DNA of 64,000 bases from assembly GCA_030264375.1 (NCBI GenBank), contig JASCQW010000190.1, positions 87,156,360 through 87,220,359 on the forward strand. The letters run 5' to 3'. A model generated the notes under the pieces. That model worked only from the letters and a program-made list of their open reading frames with translations, ran no database searches and was not told the DNA's origin. Made by a program: the position numbers and the translations under genes. Origin of the DNA: Carcharhinus longimanus (lineage: Eukaryota). Below, one piece after another: positions 1-12,711 of this stretch (the first letter of the stretch is position 1; every line of letters begins with the position of its first letter).

Positions 1-272
1 CTCAACCTCCCAGTCACCCCTCCAGATAGACCTGACCCCCAACCCCCCCCTCCGACAACCCTGACTTCGGTCATGGGCCCGCTAATGGAATTTAATGCAC
101 GATTTCCATATGTAATCAATTCTAAGCCGATTCCAGCTGATTATGCTGGAAATCTTAGTCTGGGAGACTTGTGGATCTGTGACGCCAGCGAGAAGCCTGT
201 GAAATGGCTTCCAATGATGTTTCCTGGCCCATTGCACTGCTCTAGCGGCACATCAGGCTGGGAGAATCACCA
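1..272. mobile_element. End of a GC-rich non-autonomous DNA transposon (Harbinger-type MITE family)
   Basis: C-rich internal sequence ending in GGGAGAATCACC, matching the GGAGAATYNNNCC termini of the elements at 11539-13854 and 47892-48501. Confidence 0.45.
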
Positions 273-1077
273 GTCCCATGTCTGGATGATTCTCTTGAAG
301 GGTTCCATCCAGATAAGGTAGNNNNNNNNNNAGTATACAGATGCTTGTAAAGAGGAACTACCACACTGGCTCTGCTGTGATAGGAAGGAGTGGGACTACA
401 TAAGGCAACTTTCATAGAACTGGAATACAAAGGACAGACAATAGAAGAGGATGGTGTGGCTGGGGAGGTTTAGGTAAGAGTGAGGTAAGACTTAATAATA
501 AGAACTATGCTACTGCCACCACCGGATGGGACAAAAGATTCAACAGGTCTGCTCTGTATAGCCAAGCTAACAGATTTTATTTGGGTTGAATTCTGGACAT
601 GAAGCAACCAGCAACTTCAGGTATAGGAATACCTCAGGACCAAGTAGTCTGGAAATGCACCTATATATATGCTATATTGAGATAAGCATGCATCATTGTT
701 TCTTACATAAAAAATCCATTGGATCATTCAAAGAAGGTCAGGGGCAGCAAAGATAGATTTTTGTTCCTGTTCTTCCAGTTAACTGTTATCAACCAACTAA
801 CAATGCATCAATAAAACAATTATTGGCTACCTATTTCCCTACTGTATGCGACTTCCTTCTGTGTGATAATTACCTGCCACATTAATGACAGAATAATGAT
901 GACTGCACAATGATGAAAAGTAATTAATCATGGAACTCTTTGGGGTGTCCTGAGAATACAAAAGATGTTACCAAAGTGTTGCCTCTTTTCCTCATTCTCT
1001 TTATGTATTCTCTCTCACTTTCTCCTTTCTTTTTCCCTCTCTCTTTTCATGTTGAAAGATACACGCAAGTGCGTGCA

Positions 1078-1092
1078 CACACACAGACACAG

Positions 1093-1120
<28 letters not shown>
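1078..1120. repeat. (CA)n microsatellite
   Basis: Direct CA dinucleotide run with two GA interruptions. Confidence 0.95.
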
Positions 1121-1125
<5 letters not shown>

Positions 1126-1549
1126 CACTCATTTGTAGGAACCAGAATTAACTGGCATTCTGTCCAAAGTTAAATAGAAAGCTAAATTCTAAAAGGAAAT
1201 GTATTTTTCACTGTAACTAGCAAATGGATATTATACCCTGAGTCTATGGTGCAGATTCTCCAGTATTTGTGTATGTTGCAAAAACTTTCTGTATATAGCT
1301 TGGGATTCATTAATCTTGGAAACATTTTTTTAGCTTTGATTCAACAGTGAATGGGGATTCTCATATGACCAGAGATTTATTTGATGGAAAAATCAGCCAG
1401 GGATCCATTGTTGTTTATAATCCTTGATTTTGATGACTTGTGGCCAAGATTAGGACTGACTAATATCCTTCATTTTAACATAGTTTGTGAAGATTTGTAG
1501 TAAATTGAGGTGATAATTTGTAGCAAGTGAGTGCAGGGATTAAAAGGTA

Positions 1550-1627
1550 AGAACGTAAGAACTAGGAGCAGGAGTAGGCCATCTGGCCCCTCGAGCCTGC
1601 TCTGCCATTCAATAAGATCATGGCTGA
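1550..1627 (-). mobile_element. CR1 LINE 3' end (remainder in gap 1628-2387)
   Basis: AAGAACGTAAGAACTAGGAGCAGGAGTAGGCCATCTGGCCCCTCGAGCCTGC; near-identical ends occur at 39573 and, on the opposite strand, at 12016-12088. Confidence 0.8.
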
Positions 1628-4299
1628 NNNNNNNNNNNNNNNNNNNNNNNNNNNNNNNNNNNNNNNNNNNNNNNNNNNNNNNNNNNNNNNNNNNNNNNNN
1701 NNNNNNNNNNNNNNNNNNNNNNNNNNNNNNNNNNNNNNNNNNNNNNNNNNNNNNNNNNNNNNNNNNNNNNNNNNNNNNNNNNNNNNNNNNNNNNNNNNNN
1801 NNNNNNNNNNNNNNNNNNNNNNNNNNNNNNNNNNNNNNNNNNNNNNNNNNNNNNNNNNNNNNNNNNNNNNNNNNNNNNNNNNNNNNNNNNNNNNNNNNNN
1901 NNNNNNNNNNNNNNNNNNNNNNNNNNNNNNNNNNNNNNNNNNNNNNNNNNNNNNNNNNNNNNNNNNNNNNNNNNNNNNNNNNNNNNNNNNNNNNNNNNNN
2001 NNNNNNNNNNNNNNNNNNNNNNNNNNNNNNNNNNNNNNNNNNNNNNNNNNNNNNNNNNNNNNNNNNNNNNNNNNNNNNNNNNNNNNNNNNNNNNNNNNNN
2101 NNNNNNNNNNNNNNNNNNNNNNNNNNNNNNNNNNNNNNNNNNNNNNNNNNNNNNNNNNNNNNNNNNNNNNNNNNNNNNNNNNNNNNNNNNNNNNNNNNNN
2201 NNNNNNNNNNNNNNNNNNNNNNNNNNNNNNNNNNNNNNNNNNNNNNNNNNNNNNNNNNNNNNNNNNNNNNNNNNNNNNNNNNNNNNNNNNNNNNNNNNNN
2301 NNNNNNNNNNNNNNNNNNNNNNNNNNNNNNNNNNNNNNNNNNNNNNNNNNNNNNNNNNNNNNNNNNNNNNNNNNNNNNNNNNNNNNNCAGACCCTCGTCC
2401 ACTCACTTCAACTATTTATATCCCTTTGCAGATGTTCTGTGTCCTCTGCACACTTTGCTCTGCCATTCATCTTACTGTCATCTGCGAACTTTGACACACT
2501 ACACTTGGTCCCCAACTCCAAATCTTCTATATTAATCATAAACAATGATTTTTTAATTTAAGTTTTTATGAGGCAGAATGTCAGTATAAGTAAACGAGGA
2601 TATGGGTATTAGATAGGTAGGCTTCATGTTGATTAGGATATGTGCAGCATTTTCAACAATTTATTCATGGAGGGGGATAAAATGCTGACATTGGCGGTTT
2701 GAGTTTGGAAATAGCAAAGGGATGTATGGAAGTTTCCGTGACAGGATAATATTGGAATGGTAGAAGATGTAAAGAATGTTGATGGTGGATAGGATATGAG
2801 ATGTATTTCTCAGCTCTGGATAGAAAGTACAAATGGTCTTGATTAGCCTAAGTGGATGACAGGGAGGGAGACCAGTGTAAAGTCTCAAATCTAATCTGAG
2901 GAATTACAAAGAGGATAATATAGGAACCATGAGAAGTGAATGCTAGCAATGTGCTGGCTGCAGTCAATAAGGCAAGAATGGAACCATATAAATTTAATCT
3001 GACAAATGTGAAAGGTTTGATAAAGGCAAAGTGTAACTATGTAGTTGTAGTCATAGGCAATGTCACTCGACATTGCCTAGGCTGCTTTTTTGCTCTGTTA
3101 AGCGTAGAATCCAGGCTGGATAGATTCAGATCAGGAATTCAGCAATGGAGCATTTATACAAATAGCAATTTATTTGTGCCCTCATCTCAATAGCAGACTC
3201 AGAAATATTCTTGAAAATTCCTTTACGCATCAGGTGGGAATGGTATGGGCAGGAGATGGATTAACACAAAAGGGAAGTTTGTTCCTCATTCTAAATGCAC
3301 TTCAAAAACTCCATAATCTTTCCTTACTTGAAATCAGATGCAGGAAGGCTGTCCATCTATTAGGGTATGCATACCATCTTAACTGTGTGCTCACGCAGTC
3401 TCAATCTACCAGCAGAAGCTAGAGACAGGTGGTAAGTGCCCACCAAGTGTTTAGTTTAAATTTCAAAGCTTCTTTGTGGGTTAAATGTAGTCAGGGTTCT
3501 TCCCTGATTGTGTTAGTTACCCATTTCCCCTTTCCTCATTTACTGGATTATTTCCCTGGGTCTCCATCAGCAGCCGATTCCCCTCTCCCCACCAACCCCT
3601 TTCATCCCTAACATGGACTTCCACTCCCACCCACTGACCTTAACTTAACCCTCACCTGTTTTGGGCAGAAGTCAGTACCAGAACATTCAAATGAAGCCTG
3701 CGAGTTAAAATCTCTGGAACATCATGCTCTGGGAAACCAGATGGAGTGCTGACTGCTTCAGCCTCTGATTTCCATCCCGGGTTAAAATTAGAGTTTGAGA
3801 GCCTAATAAGTTACTAACAAACTATAGCTTGCCATACAGGTAGCAGTACATTTCAACATTAAACACTTCAATTCACTCCTAGTTTGTGCACATCGAGTTA
3901 TTGTAAAGCTTAATTTAAATCAGTTTGTCATTCTTTAAATGATTTTTTCCAATATTAATTCCTACCTTTTTCAATACCCCTCAGTCCTTGCAACTCCCAA
4001 AGTTGCCGCTATACTCTGCCACTAACGCACAAGCTGTGTTGAACACTGTTCTTTGCCGTCACTCCCTGTCCCATGCTCACTTGGCACTGTTACATTAGTT
4101 TCCGCCCCAGTGCTCATCTAGCACTTATTAATCAACCTCTTGGTACTCATGTGATACCTTGTTGTTACCTCTCCTTGATTTGATCAACATAACTATTAAA
4201 CTCCACTTTTAGTTTAAATTGTAAATGCTTGAAAATTTGAAATATTATTGACATTGATAAAAGCACCACTTTTACCTAAGGATTGCTGCCCCAACCACT

Positions 4300-4605
4300 G
4301 AACTCAATATTCATCCCTCCATTGTTGGCTTACTGTGGCTATACTATGTACTATCCATGGGATACAATGCAGCTAGATTACTTTGGCAACATCTCTTTCA
4401 ACTTGTCCCTGGTGTTATGAGGCAGCAGTGTTAGCCACTGTGCTACCATCTGTACCATCAGGAAGGGCAAAAGCAGTTGTGTTTTTGGGACATCATCACC
4501 TCCAAGTTACCTTCCTTGTTGCTTAGCATCCTGACTTCAACATGTATCACACTTACCTTCATCTGTACAAGCTCTTGGAATTCCCTACCCAAGAGTATTG
4601 TGGAA
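4300..4605 (+). mobile_element. Decayed 3' region of the CR1/L2-type LINE seen at 28209-29045, with a short V-SINE head fragment (~4405-4448, minus)
   Basis: Colinear similarity to 28660-28920 (catcatcacctccaagttaccttcc...catcctgactt...tcttggaattccctacc). Confidence 0.55.
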
Positions 4606-5370
4606 GTTAAAATGCTCAGATTTGAAAAATTCATGCCTTCTGTACAACAGCTTGTGAGAATGTTATCAGTTTCAGACCTTCAAGGGAATCTATATGCTTT
4701 CAGGATAATCTTCTTTTGCATAGGCCTCATAACATTCTGCTTTTTGACCTTCATTGGAGGGTGAGCAAGATCAAACTTTTCCATAACAAATATCAAAGAC
4801 AAGATATGGGGATATGCTATGCAAATGAAGGATTATCAGAAGTCAATTTTTTATTGCATGAAAAAGGGCAAAAAGCCAGGTTTTAATTTACAATATGTGT
4901 GTCAATAAAGAATGTGAACAAAATGCTTGTTCCTGATTTGCTGTAATTGACCATAACTGTGAAGTTCAGAACACCTCTAGCATTTTGATGGACGAGGGGA
5001 GTTCTCCTTGTGCACAAGTAATTAAAAACCTTTCGTTGGATACATGATGTCCAGCGTTGTTTGTATTAAGAGTCAACTAAGTGTGCCTAAGGTTGCTGGT
5101 ACCCAAGGATCTCTGAAGATCACCATAAGGACTACAACAATTCAAGGTGAAAACTCATCACTGCCATGACTGGAGAGCTAGGGATGGACAATAGATTGGA
5201 GAGCTAGGGATGGACAAAGTCTTGCCAACATTGGCAAAATCCTGAGTGTAATTTTTGAAAACATGAAATATGAGATTGGCAGTGAGTTGGGAAGCACCTC
5301 CTTGGGCTAGCACACAGTGTGCTTTGCAAATTTGTTTCTTCTACCAGGTGACCCTTCCAATGCATTACCA

Positions 5371-5641
5371 AGCATGGTAGCACAGTGGTTAACACTGCTG
5401 CCTCATAACACCAGGGACTTGAGGTCAATTCTGGCCTGGGGTGACTGTCTATGTGGAATTTTCACATTCTCCCATGACTGTGTGCATTTCCTCTGGATGC
5501 TCCAGCTTCCTCCCAAAGATATTCAGGTTAGGTGGTAAATGCAAGGTATTATGGAGAGGGTCTGGGCAAGATGCTCTTCAGAGAGTTAGTGCAGACTCAG
5601 TGGGCTGAATGGTCTGCTTGTGCACTGTAGGAAGTGTATGA
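5371..5641 (+). mobile_element. HE1/V-SINE-type tRNA-derived SINE, CR1-type tail
   Basis: A/B-box head GCACAGTGGTTAACACTGCTGCCTCA, V-domain TGTGGAATTTTCACATTCTCCC, tail GGGCTGAATGGTCTGCTTGTGCACTGTAG. Confidence 0.85.
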
Positions 5642-5747
5642 CAATGTGAATAAATTGAGGTACAGTGCCCAGATTATATAATCCATTAAATAGGCTGATG
5701 ACCGTGGAGAATCTTAATGGGTCAACCACTGCACTTGATTTAGTTAG

Positions 5748-6285
5748 GATCTTTCACATCTGCAGGATGCCCCAAATGACTTATTTTTAAAGCATTGTCA
5801 CTTTTGTAACATGGGCAGACATCACAGGCAATTTTACACAGCAAAATCCAACAGAAAGCAATTAGTTAAATTACCACTTAATCTGTGGTAAATATTACTT
5901 AAGACATTGAGGAAAATGCTTCTACTTTTCTACAAGAAAACATCCAGTCTAGAGGGACTGATCATTTAAAAGAAGGGCATTTCTGATATTGCAGCATTAG
6001 CTCAATATTTTACTGAAGTGTCGGCTTCTGCTATAGAACTTGTAAATTATCTTGTAAATTGAGTTTGTGTCTATATATGACCTGTTTGTGAACACGAGTC
6101 CTCACTCACCTGATGAAGGAGCCTGAGACTCTGAAAGCTAGCACTGTCAAATAAACCTGCTGGACTTTAATCTGGTGTTGTGAGACGTCTTACTGAGCTT
6201 ACCCTAGTCCAACGCCGGCATCTCCACATCATAAGATTTGAATCCATGACCTNNNNNNNNNNNNNAGAGTGCTACCTCTGAAACG
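5748..6285 (-). mobile_element. Ancient DeuSINE-type (SacSINE1/AmnSINE1-like) SINE interrupted by a Penelope fragment
   Basis: Decayed match to the recalled reverse-strand Deu domain (atctttcacatctgcaggatgcccc...gcatttctgatattgcagcatt...actgaagtgtcggc); head resumes at 6232 (gatttgaatccatgacct...agagtgctacc). Confidence 0.55.
6038..6230 (+). mobile_element. Penelope-like element terminal fragment containing a minimal hammerhead-like motif
   Basis: CACCTGATGAAGGAG...CTCTGAAAGCTAG followed by AATAAACCTGCTGGACTTTAATCTGGTGTTGTGAGA. Confidence 0.7.
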
Positions 6286-7306
6286 AGAATAACATTTCAA
6301 AATAGTTAACAGGATTGCTTTTTCTCCATGTTACATGGGGTCACCACAATACTGGCTAATCAGCCTTCACATCAACAAAGGGTCCTTATTGGATTTGATG
6401 GGTGCTTTCACCATTGGATGCTCTTGCTGTCATTATAAGCCTGCCCTCATGTATTTATAACTCTTCAAAGACAAATAACTTTTGGAAGTCGTACTTTTAT
6501 ATGCACTTTGTGCTAAAATTATATTGCTATTTTAGATTTTGCTGCTTTTCTCCTCATTGTTTGATGTTCATTTTGAAAGTAGGAAATAACTGTGTGCTGC
6601 AGCTTCAAAGCTCTCCTTTGAGCGATGTTCTGACATGGTTGATCTGATTTGAAGAACGTAGTCATTGACATGCAGACACTTGGTAGCATTGCCAACAAGA
6701 AGCAAAAGCTCCTCCCCAGTCAAAAACCAACTAACTTTAATGATTGGCAACATTGATGTGTTTACAATGGTTTGGCATTAGAAATAAGTATCTGACTTGA
6801 AAGTTGAATTTTTTTTGAGGATGTTTTTCTTTATGTCTGAATGATTATGAGTACAGCCAGGGTGAAAGCCAGGACACTGATTTGTAAACTTATGGTTGTA
6901 GCATTTAAATTAAAGACACATCAGGTGTCATTGTCGAAATGGGCTCAGTCCTTTCCAACAAAAAGACAGGTTGTTTGAGCCTAAAATAAGGAGGGCATGC
7001 AATGGATACCAATAATAACGGCCTCAGACTGAGTTCCAGGCTGTATACGGAGATCAGAACAACATTGTTTCCCAGAACAATTCCAACGTTTCTCCCATTT
7101 AACAGTAACGAATGATGTTCTTCCTGTCCCATTAAAGATAATAAATATACTTAAATACAGTTCAGACAAACAGATTTTCATTCAAAAGCTGTATGACCTT
7201 GACAGTAAGAAGGCTCTTGGCCTTGATATCTCTCTAAATATCCTGGAGAGCATTTTCCTGCCCAAAACATTGTTGTTGTTAGGTAGGTTATCAAGGTAAA
7301 TTATAA

Positions 7307-7610
7307 GGGTGGCACGGTGACACAGCGATTAGCTGTTGCCTCACAATGCCAGGGACCCAGGTTCAATTCCCAGCTTGGGTCATTGTCTGTGTGGAGTCTG
7401 CACATTCTCCCCATTTCTGCATGGGCTTCCTTCAAGTGCCCTGTTTTCCTTTCACAGTCCGAAAGATGTGCTGGTTAGATGCATTGGCTATGCTAAATCC
7501 TCCCTCAGTGTACTCAAATAGGCGCCGGAGTGTGGCGACTGGGGGATTTTCACAGTAACAATTGCAGTGTTAATGTAAGCCTACTTGTGACACTAATAAA
7601 CTAAACTAAA
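7307..7610 (+). mobile_element. V-SINE with the alternative tail (ends GTGACACTAATAAACTAAACTAAA)
   Basis: Same head and V-domain as the other copies; tail matches 25821-26114 and 62290-62571. Confidence 0.85.
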
Positions 7611-7964
7611 ANNNNNNNNNNNNNNNNNNNNNNNNNNNNNNNNNNNNNNNNNNNNNNNNNNNNNNNNNNNNNNNNNNNNNNNNNNNNNNNNNNNNNNNNN
7701 NNNNNNNNNNNCGACTGGGGGATTTTCACAGTAACAATTGCAGTGTTAATGTAGGCCTACTTGTGACACTAATAAACTAAACTAAAATTATCTTAATTTA
7801 AATGGCAGAAAGGGTAGACAGTGTTTTCATTTTAACACACATTTGGGTGGGCGGTGAATGAGTAATCACATCTTAGTCAAACTAATTTTACAATATTTAT
7901 AATGGACGATAAAAATTTATTCAGAACTTATTTAAGCATAAGTCAAAGGCCCAAACTGTTTTCA

Positions 7965-8127
7965 AAAACAGAAAATACTGGAAAAAGTCAGCAGGTCTGA
8001 AAGCATCTCTGGAGAGTGAATAGAACCATCGTTGAAGGGTCATCCAGACTCACTGCTGTCAGACCTGCTGAGATTTTCCAGCATTTTTTGTGTTTGTTTC
8101 AGGTTCCAGCATCCACAGTATTTTGCA
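7965..8127. mobile_element. Penelope-derived inverted terminal fragment (hairpin)
   Basis: Left arm GAAAATACTGGAAAAAGTCAGCAGGTCTGA pairs with right arm TCAGACCTGCTGAGATTTTCCAGCATTTT. Confidence 0.7.
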
Positions 8128-8623
8128 CAAACCATAATGGTTATTTCATTTGATTATGCTGAATGATCAAACTTGAATTGAGAGTGGGGCAGAGAAAGGG
8201 AGAGGAGTCAGGAAATCCAACCATTGCTCCATGGAACTGAGGCTGATACACTCACTAAAGATGGGGAAGCCAGCTGTCACAGGAGGGCACAGAAGGACTG
8301 CAATGTTCTGTTGTCCTGGGTGCAGGATCTGATTTAAATATAGCCATATTCCAGAACTGATTTCTGCCCATTTCAAGTCATACTGAAAAATGGATTTGAG
8401 ATAGGGGTCTCTGGAAAAGTTAATGGCTGGTAGTGATTTTAAAATTTTCTTATGCCTATCACTTCATTTTTCAGCATGAAGAGAGAGTGAGTTAAATTAA
8501 AACTCCCATCAGCATTATGAAGCAGCTGTAGATACTGTGATTCAAATTTTTGACATACTTTGATTCTATATTATTGATGGAGGATTGACTGTTTGGGATT
8601 TTTATTTGAATATGTTGCGATGA

Positions 8624-9339
8624 AGGGCAGAATTTTCAAGAACCTGAGAAGGTGAGGGGACGAATGCTGAAAACAATAGAAAAATCTTATTGGTCCTGTT
8701 CCATGGCATGTTCCCACCTCCATGGAATTCTGCAGGAGGTGGGGTGACGACAGGACTGGTTGCGTGTAGCTGCAGTCAAATAAGTCAGTTAAAGACTTAA
8801 TTAAGAGACCTGTCCTCATGCCAGCTGGATTTTCCCACCAATGTGCTGGGTGCCCATCAAACCAGGGGATTGCTATGAAATGGGGGCAATCTCTCATTGG
8901 CAGGTCAGATAGCCATTGAAATTGAAATGGTCCATTCAATGGGAAAAACACTGCACTAGTAAATGTCCATAACTGCAGCAGTGCCGTAGAGTGAGGAGCT
9001 TTCTTCTTTTTGTCTGATGGCCCTAATGCTTTTGATCTTTTTCATATCCTCCATTTGAGGCTGGAAACTGGGAACAAAGGTGCCCTTGCATAACCCCACA
9101 TACTTCAGCAGGGACTAATCTAACACTGGGATTGACAATCTTTCAGTGCTGCAGGGCTTTGTATTGGCAATCCAGACTCCGGAGCCTACCAGCCTTCATT
9201 CGATGGTCCTGATTGCAGACACTTAACTTGCTGCCTCCTCCAAAACCTACCTCGGGGTCCTGCTCCCGCCATTTCTGGGATGTGATCTGCATTTCATCCT
9301 GACAGAGAGATTGGAACCAAGGAACAAAAATTCTGTCCT
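8624..9339. mobile_element. Non-autonomous DNA transposon (~715 bp) with terminal inverted repeats
   Basis: AGGGCAGAATTTT at 8624 and AAAATTCTGTCCT ending at 9339 (12/13 complementary). Confidence 0.65.
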
Positions 9340-10315
9340 GTTGGTCTTAAAGTGTCGACTGTTAACTTTAAATACCGATGGACAACATTAGGTGGCCCAG
9401 TATTGAAGCCTCAAAGGAGTAAATATACACAAAAAATCTTTGAATTCTGTAAACAATATAATGGAGTTCATTATCAACAAGGCTTTACATAAATATCCAT
9501 TTGCTCACCATCTGATGGACTATTCATTTTAGCTACTACACAGAATAAATGAAATGAGCTAATTCTATTGCAAAACTTAATGTATGAACATTTAGTTATT
9601 GGCATGACATCAAACTTGCAATACTTGATACAAAGAGGCTTTTGGTTTGCATGCCACCAAGGTTTGAAGGTCAAGTTAACATCATGATGTTTGCAGGCGG
9701 ATAAGTGGATTAATTCACATTTGTCAAATTGTTCCAGTTGACTTACCATGAATGGTTCATTTATTACAGCATGTGAAATGAATGCTGCTGTTCCTCAATG
9801 GAGTATCAAGCTGCAAGCATTTTTGCTGTACGCTTAAATGACATCTATCATGTGCTCCATGACTTCAATCGTGTAATTTATGCATTGTTAGAAAACATTG
9901 CGTTAGATTTGAAACAGGATTCCAAAATCTTAAGCCAGTAAGTTAAGAGGTGGAACATTGTGTTTGAAATGGAAAGTACTTACTGGCACAATGAGTAAAT
10001 GCCACAGGGGCCCAGCTTTCCATCATATTTTGTAGGTTGTACATGAAGCTGATGAGCTGGAACTACTGTGGTTAGTTTACTGGTGAATTAATTAGAATTA
10101 ATTGATTGCAGAGTATCAAAAAAACTGGCTAATATCTACCAAAAGGTTGGTTCAAATATGAAATGGACAATAGTAGCTGTAAACTACACATGAGTACATG
10201 ATTGTATGTACCTTTATACTTTTTGGTGCTTCTAAACATCTATCACTTCTCAACAGAATTCAAAAGTCTTCCCTTGTGTGTAATTAACATTGATGCATAT
10301 CTGAGCTGGAATTAT

Positions 10316-10437
10316 GGCTGGAATTCTCCCATCCTGCCCGCCACTGGAATTTTAGCGGCAGGTTGTGGAGAATGTGAAATTGATGGTCAAGCGTGAATTT
10401 CCAGCTTTTAGACCAGCACAGCCAGAAAAATTTATCC
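10316..10437. mobile_element. Short (~125 bp) MITE
   Basis: Begins GGCTGGAATTCTCCCATCCTGCCCGCC; similar copies at 19167, 28257, 33911, 42715 and 42881. Confidence 0.6.
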
Positions 10438-10570
10438 ACTGGCTTATTCCAACTGTTTCAGTACTTTTCCTTACCAGGCTTTGCCCAGTTCTGTATCTAG
10501 GCTGGTCCAAATGTTAAATCTTCTAAATAGCAGCTCTGCCAGAATGTACCCTGGGTCTATTCCATAATGA

Positions 10571-10805
10571 TGTGGTAATGATACACTTTCTCAGACTTTG
10601 TTTGAAACATTAAAGGTAAATTATTCATAAGAAGAGCTATACCTGGGGCCAGCAGTCAGCATGGCTGCTGGTAGGTCCCTACATGGCTACTGCCTCAGAG
10701 CAGACTCCACCCCATGGGGTGTCTACTCACACTCTGCCCCAGTTGGTCCCCCAAGCCAGGTGACCCTCTTCTGCGGTGTTGCCCTTAAAGGGACAAATCA
10801 TCACA
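10571..10805 (-). repeat. 3' LTR of copy A (235 bp, TG...CA)
   Basis: Minus strand reads TGTGATGATTTGTCCCTTTAAGGGC...GTATCATTACCACA; preceded by purine tract TAAGGGAGGCA; homologous along its length to 48977-49208. Confidence 0.85.
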
Positions 10806-10935
10806 TGCCTCCCTTATACAATCTTCCATAAGTTGCTCAATCCTAAATTTTAACTATAAATTATACAGATAAATACTAAACTTTAACTATAAAATATACA
10901 GATAAATTATACAGATATACAAATAAATTTTAACA

Positions 10936-11290
10936 TTAATTATACAGATAATTATAAATTGAGGCTTCAAGGGTTTTTCTGTTTTTTGTGAAGTGGTGTA
11001 GTTCTGAGATGCTTCCATGGATTAACACTGACAGGACCTGCAATAACAAGTACCTCTTCTTCTCTTCTGGCACAGGCAGTTCATTATTACTTGCTTCCAC
11101 AGAGACATCAGTTATGTCTATGACAGTTTGTTCAGGCACTTCAATGCTTACAAGTTTGACAGCATTTTTTGATGGCAACACTGACTGCTGCAGCGTATCT
11201 CTACGCCTTAAGTGATCGATATGCTTATAAACAACCAATCCCTCCATGTCTACTGGGTACGACAAGGGTGCAGTCTCATTCTGCAGATCT
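10936..11290 (-). pseudogene. Gypsy integrase C-terminal remnant
   Basis: PLSYPVDMEGLVVYKHIDHLRRRD fits the Gypsy GP(L/V)SYxV...(R/K)H(V/I)D(H/Q)LR motif; ends in an ELRRSTRxRK-like decayed tail (ELHHFTKNRK). Confidence 0.75.
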
Positions 11291-11538
11291 GACTTGATCC
11301 ACTAGCAAATTTTTATGTTATGACAGCATGTCATATTATGTACTTAATATGGGTTTATTATTAGCATAACACTGTCCACTGATGAGATCTTGAGGCTTGC
11401 ATGTTTAAACATAAACACTTTTTTGGAAGGCTTCATCTATGACAGTTCCAAATGTACTGTTAACAGTTCTTTTTCACAATCTCAGTCTGTCACGTGTGAA
11501 GAAATGGTCATAGTACTCTGTTTCTGGGATTAGATAGT

Positions 11539-12636
11539 GGGCAGAATTCTCCCAAAAAAATTCAAAGTGTCATGTTTGTGTGAAAAGTGGAGTAATACAC
11601 GTTGTTTTTTTTATGGGAGTTCAGTGAAGAATCTCCCACACTCTGTGCACTGCAGAGGCCACTAGTATGAACATTATTAAATTTCAGGGGGCAGGGCGTA
11701 GTCCCGTTGGAGAGGCTGGAATCAGCACTCTGAGCGGGCCACTGCGCATGCCCCGATCTGTCAGTGGTGAGATTGGTGCATGTGTAGTGGCCCTGCACTG
11801 CTGGCCTCCCGATTGCTGGCCAGCCCCACAAACCCTGCAATGCCAGCTCTCCATCCCCCAACAGCCCGATCGCTGGGTCCCCCGACCATTTGCAGGCACA
11901 GCCCCGAACACCCCCCTCTGGTGCGCCCTGATCTCAAGCTTTCCCCNNNNNNNNNNNNNNNNNNNNNNNNNNNNNNNNNNNNNNNNNNNNNNNNNNNNNN
12001 NNNNNNNNNNNNNNNAATGGCGGGGCAGGCTCGAAGGGCCAGATGGCCTACTCCTGCTCCTATTTCTTATGTTCTTATGTTCTTATGATCCCGATGCAGA
12101 GTTGCAGCAGGAACCCCCACCAATTGCATCCTAGCCCTGCCCCCATCATGCCCATCTGCCCAAGCCCTGCCACCATATTCCCTGTCCCTTGGCATTGCCC
12201 CATGCCCAATGGGTAGTGCCAAGGTGCCCCCTGAACATTGGCACTTTGCCCGTTGGGTAGTGCCGGGGGGCCCAGGCTGGCACTGCCAGGGTACCAATGC
12301 CCAGGGGGCACTCCTCCCCATTGCCTGACCCTCTGGAGGGCCCCAATTGCCCCACTTCACTCTGGCAGTGTCGGGCTGCTAGTTTCCTGCAAGTGAGGAG
12401 CTACTGTAATCCCCGCTGGAGTGAAGTACTCTGACAGGGTGGGAAATACTAGAGGGCCCAGAGAGTGTTCAGTCCCAGACCCACTAGTCAAATTTGAATT
12501 ATATTAAAATGACTATTTAAATGATCCTTGCACCTCTTCGCTGATCTCCGATGCTGATCTGATGGTTCTGGAAATCTGGCACTGGGAGATACTAGCATGA
12601 ACCCTGCAAATTGGCTGATGCGAGAAACTCTCGGCC
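11539..12636. mobile_element. GC-rich non-autonomous Harbinger-type element nested in copy A; itself holds a CR1 3' end (12016-12088)
   Basis: Starts GGGCAGAATTCTCC; interrupts the homology between copy A and copy B. Confidence 0.7.
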
Positions 12637-12709
12637 AGCATATCTTTCATTGACCATTTTATCATATTGGTTCTTGTGTTTTTTTATTAATGTGACCATT
12701 TCAGCAATC
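12637..12709 (-). pseudogene. SYCP1: SYCP1-like coding fragment, distal piece (copy A)
   Basis: Translates IAEMVTLIKKHKNQYDKMVNERYA versus recalled vertebrate SYCP1 IAEMVALMEKHKHQYDKIIEERDS. Confidence 0.78.
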
Positions 12710-12711
12710 GT

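Noticed and set aside
1470-2561. Long ORFs of 260-334 aa (likewise 39554-40264 and 47131-48031)
   Set aside because: They are open only because they run through N gaps.
7537-7788. Direct repeat of the SINE tail either side of a 100-N gap
   Set aside because: Near-identical contig-end overlap; most likely a scaffolding artefact.
10846-10960. Short AT-rich tandem duplications (AACTATAAA.TATACAGATAAAT)
   Set aside because: Slippage within the 3' UTR of Gypsy copy A; no separate feature.
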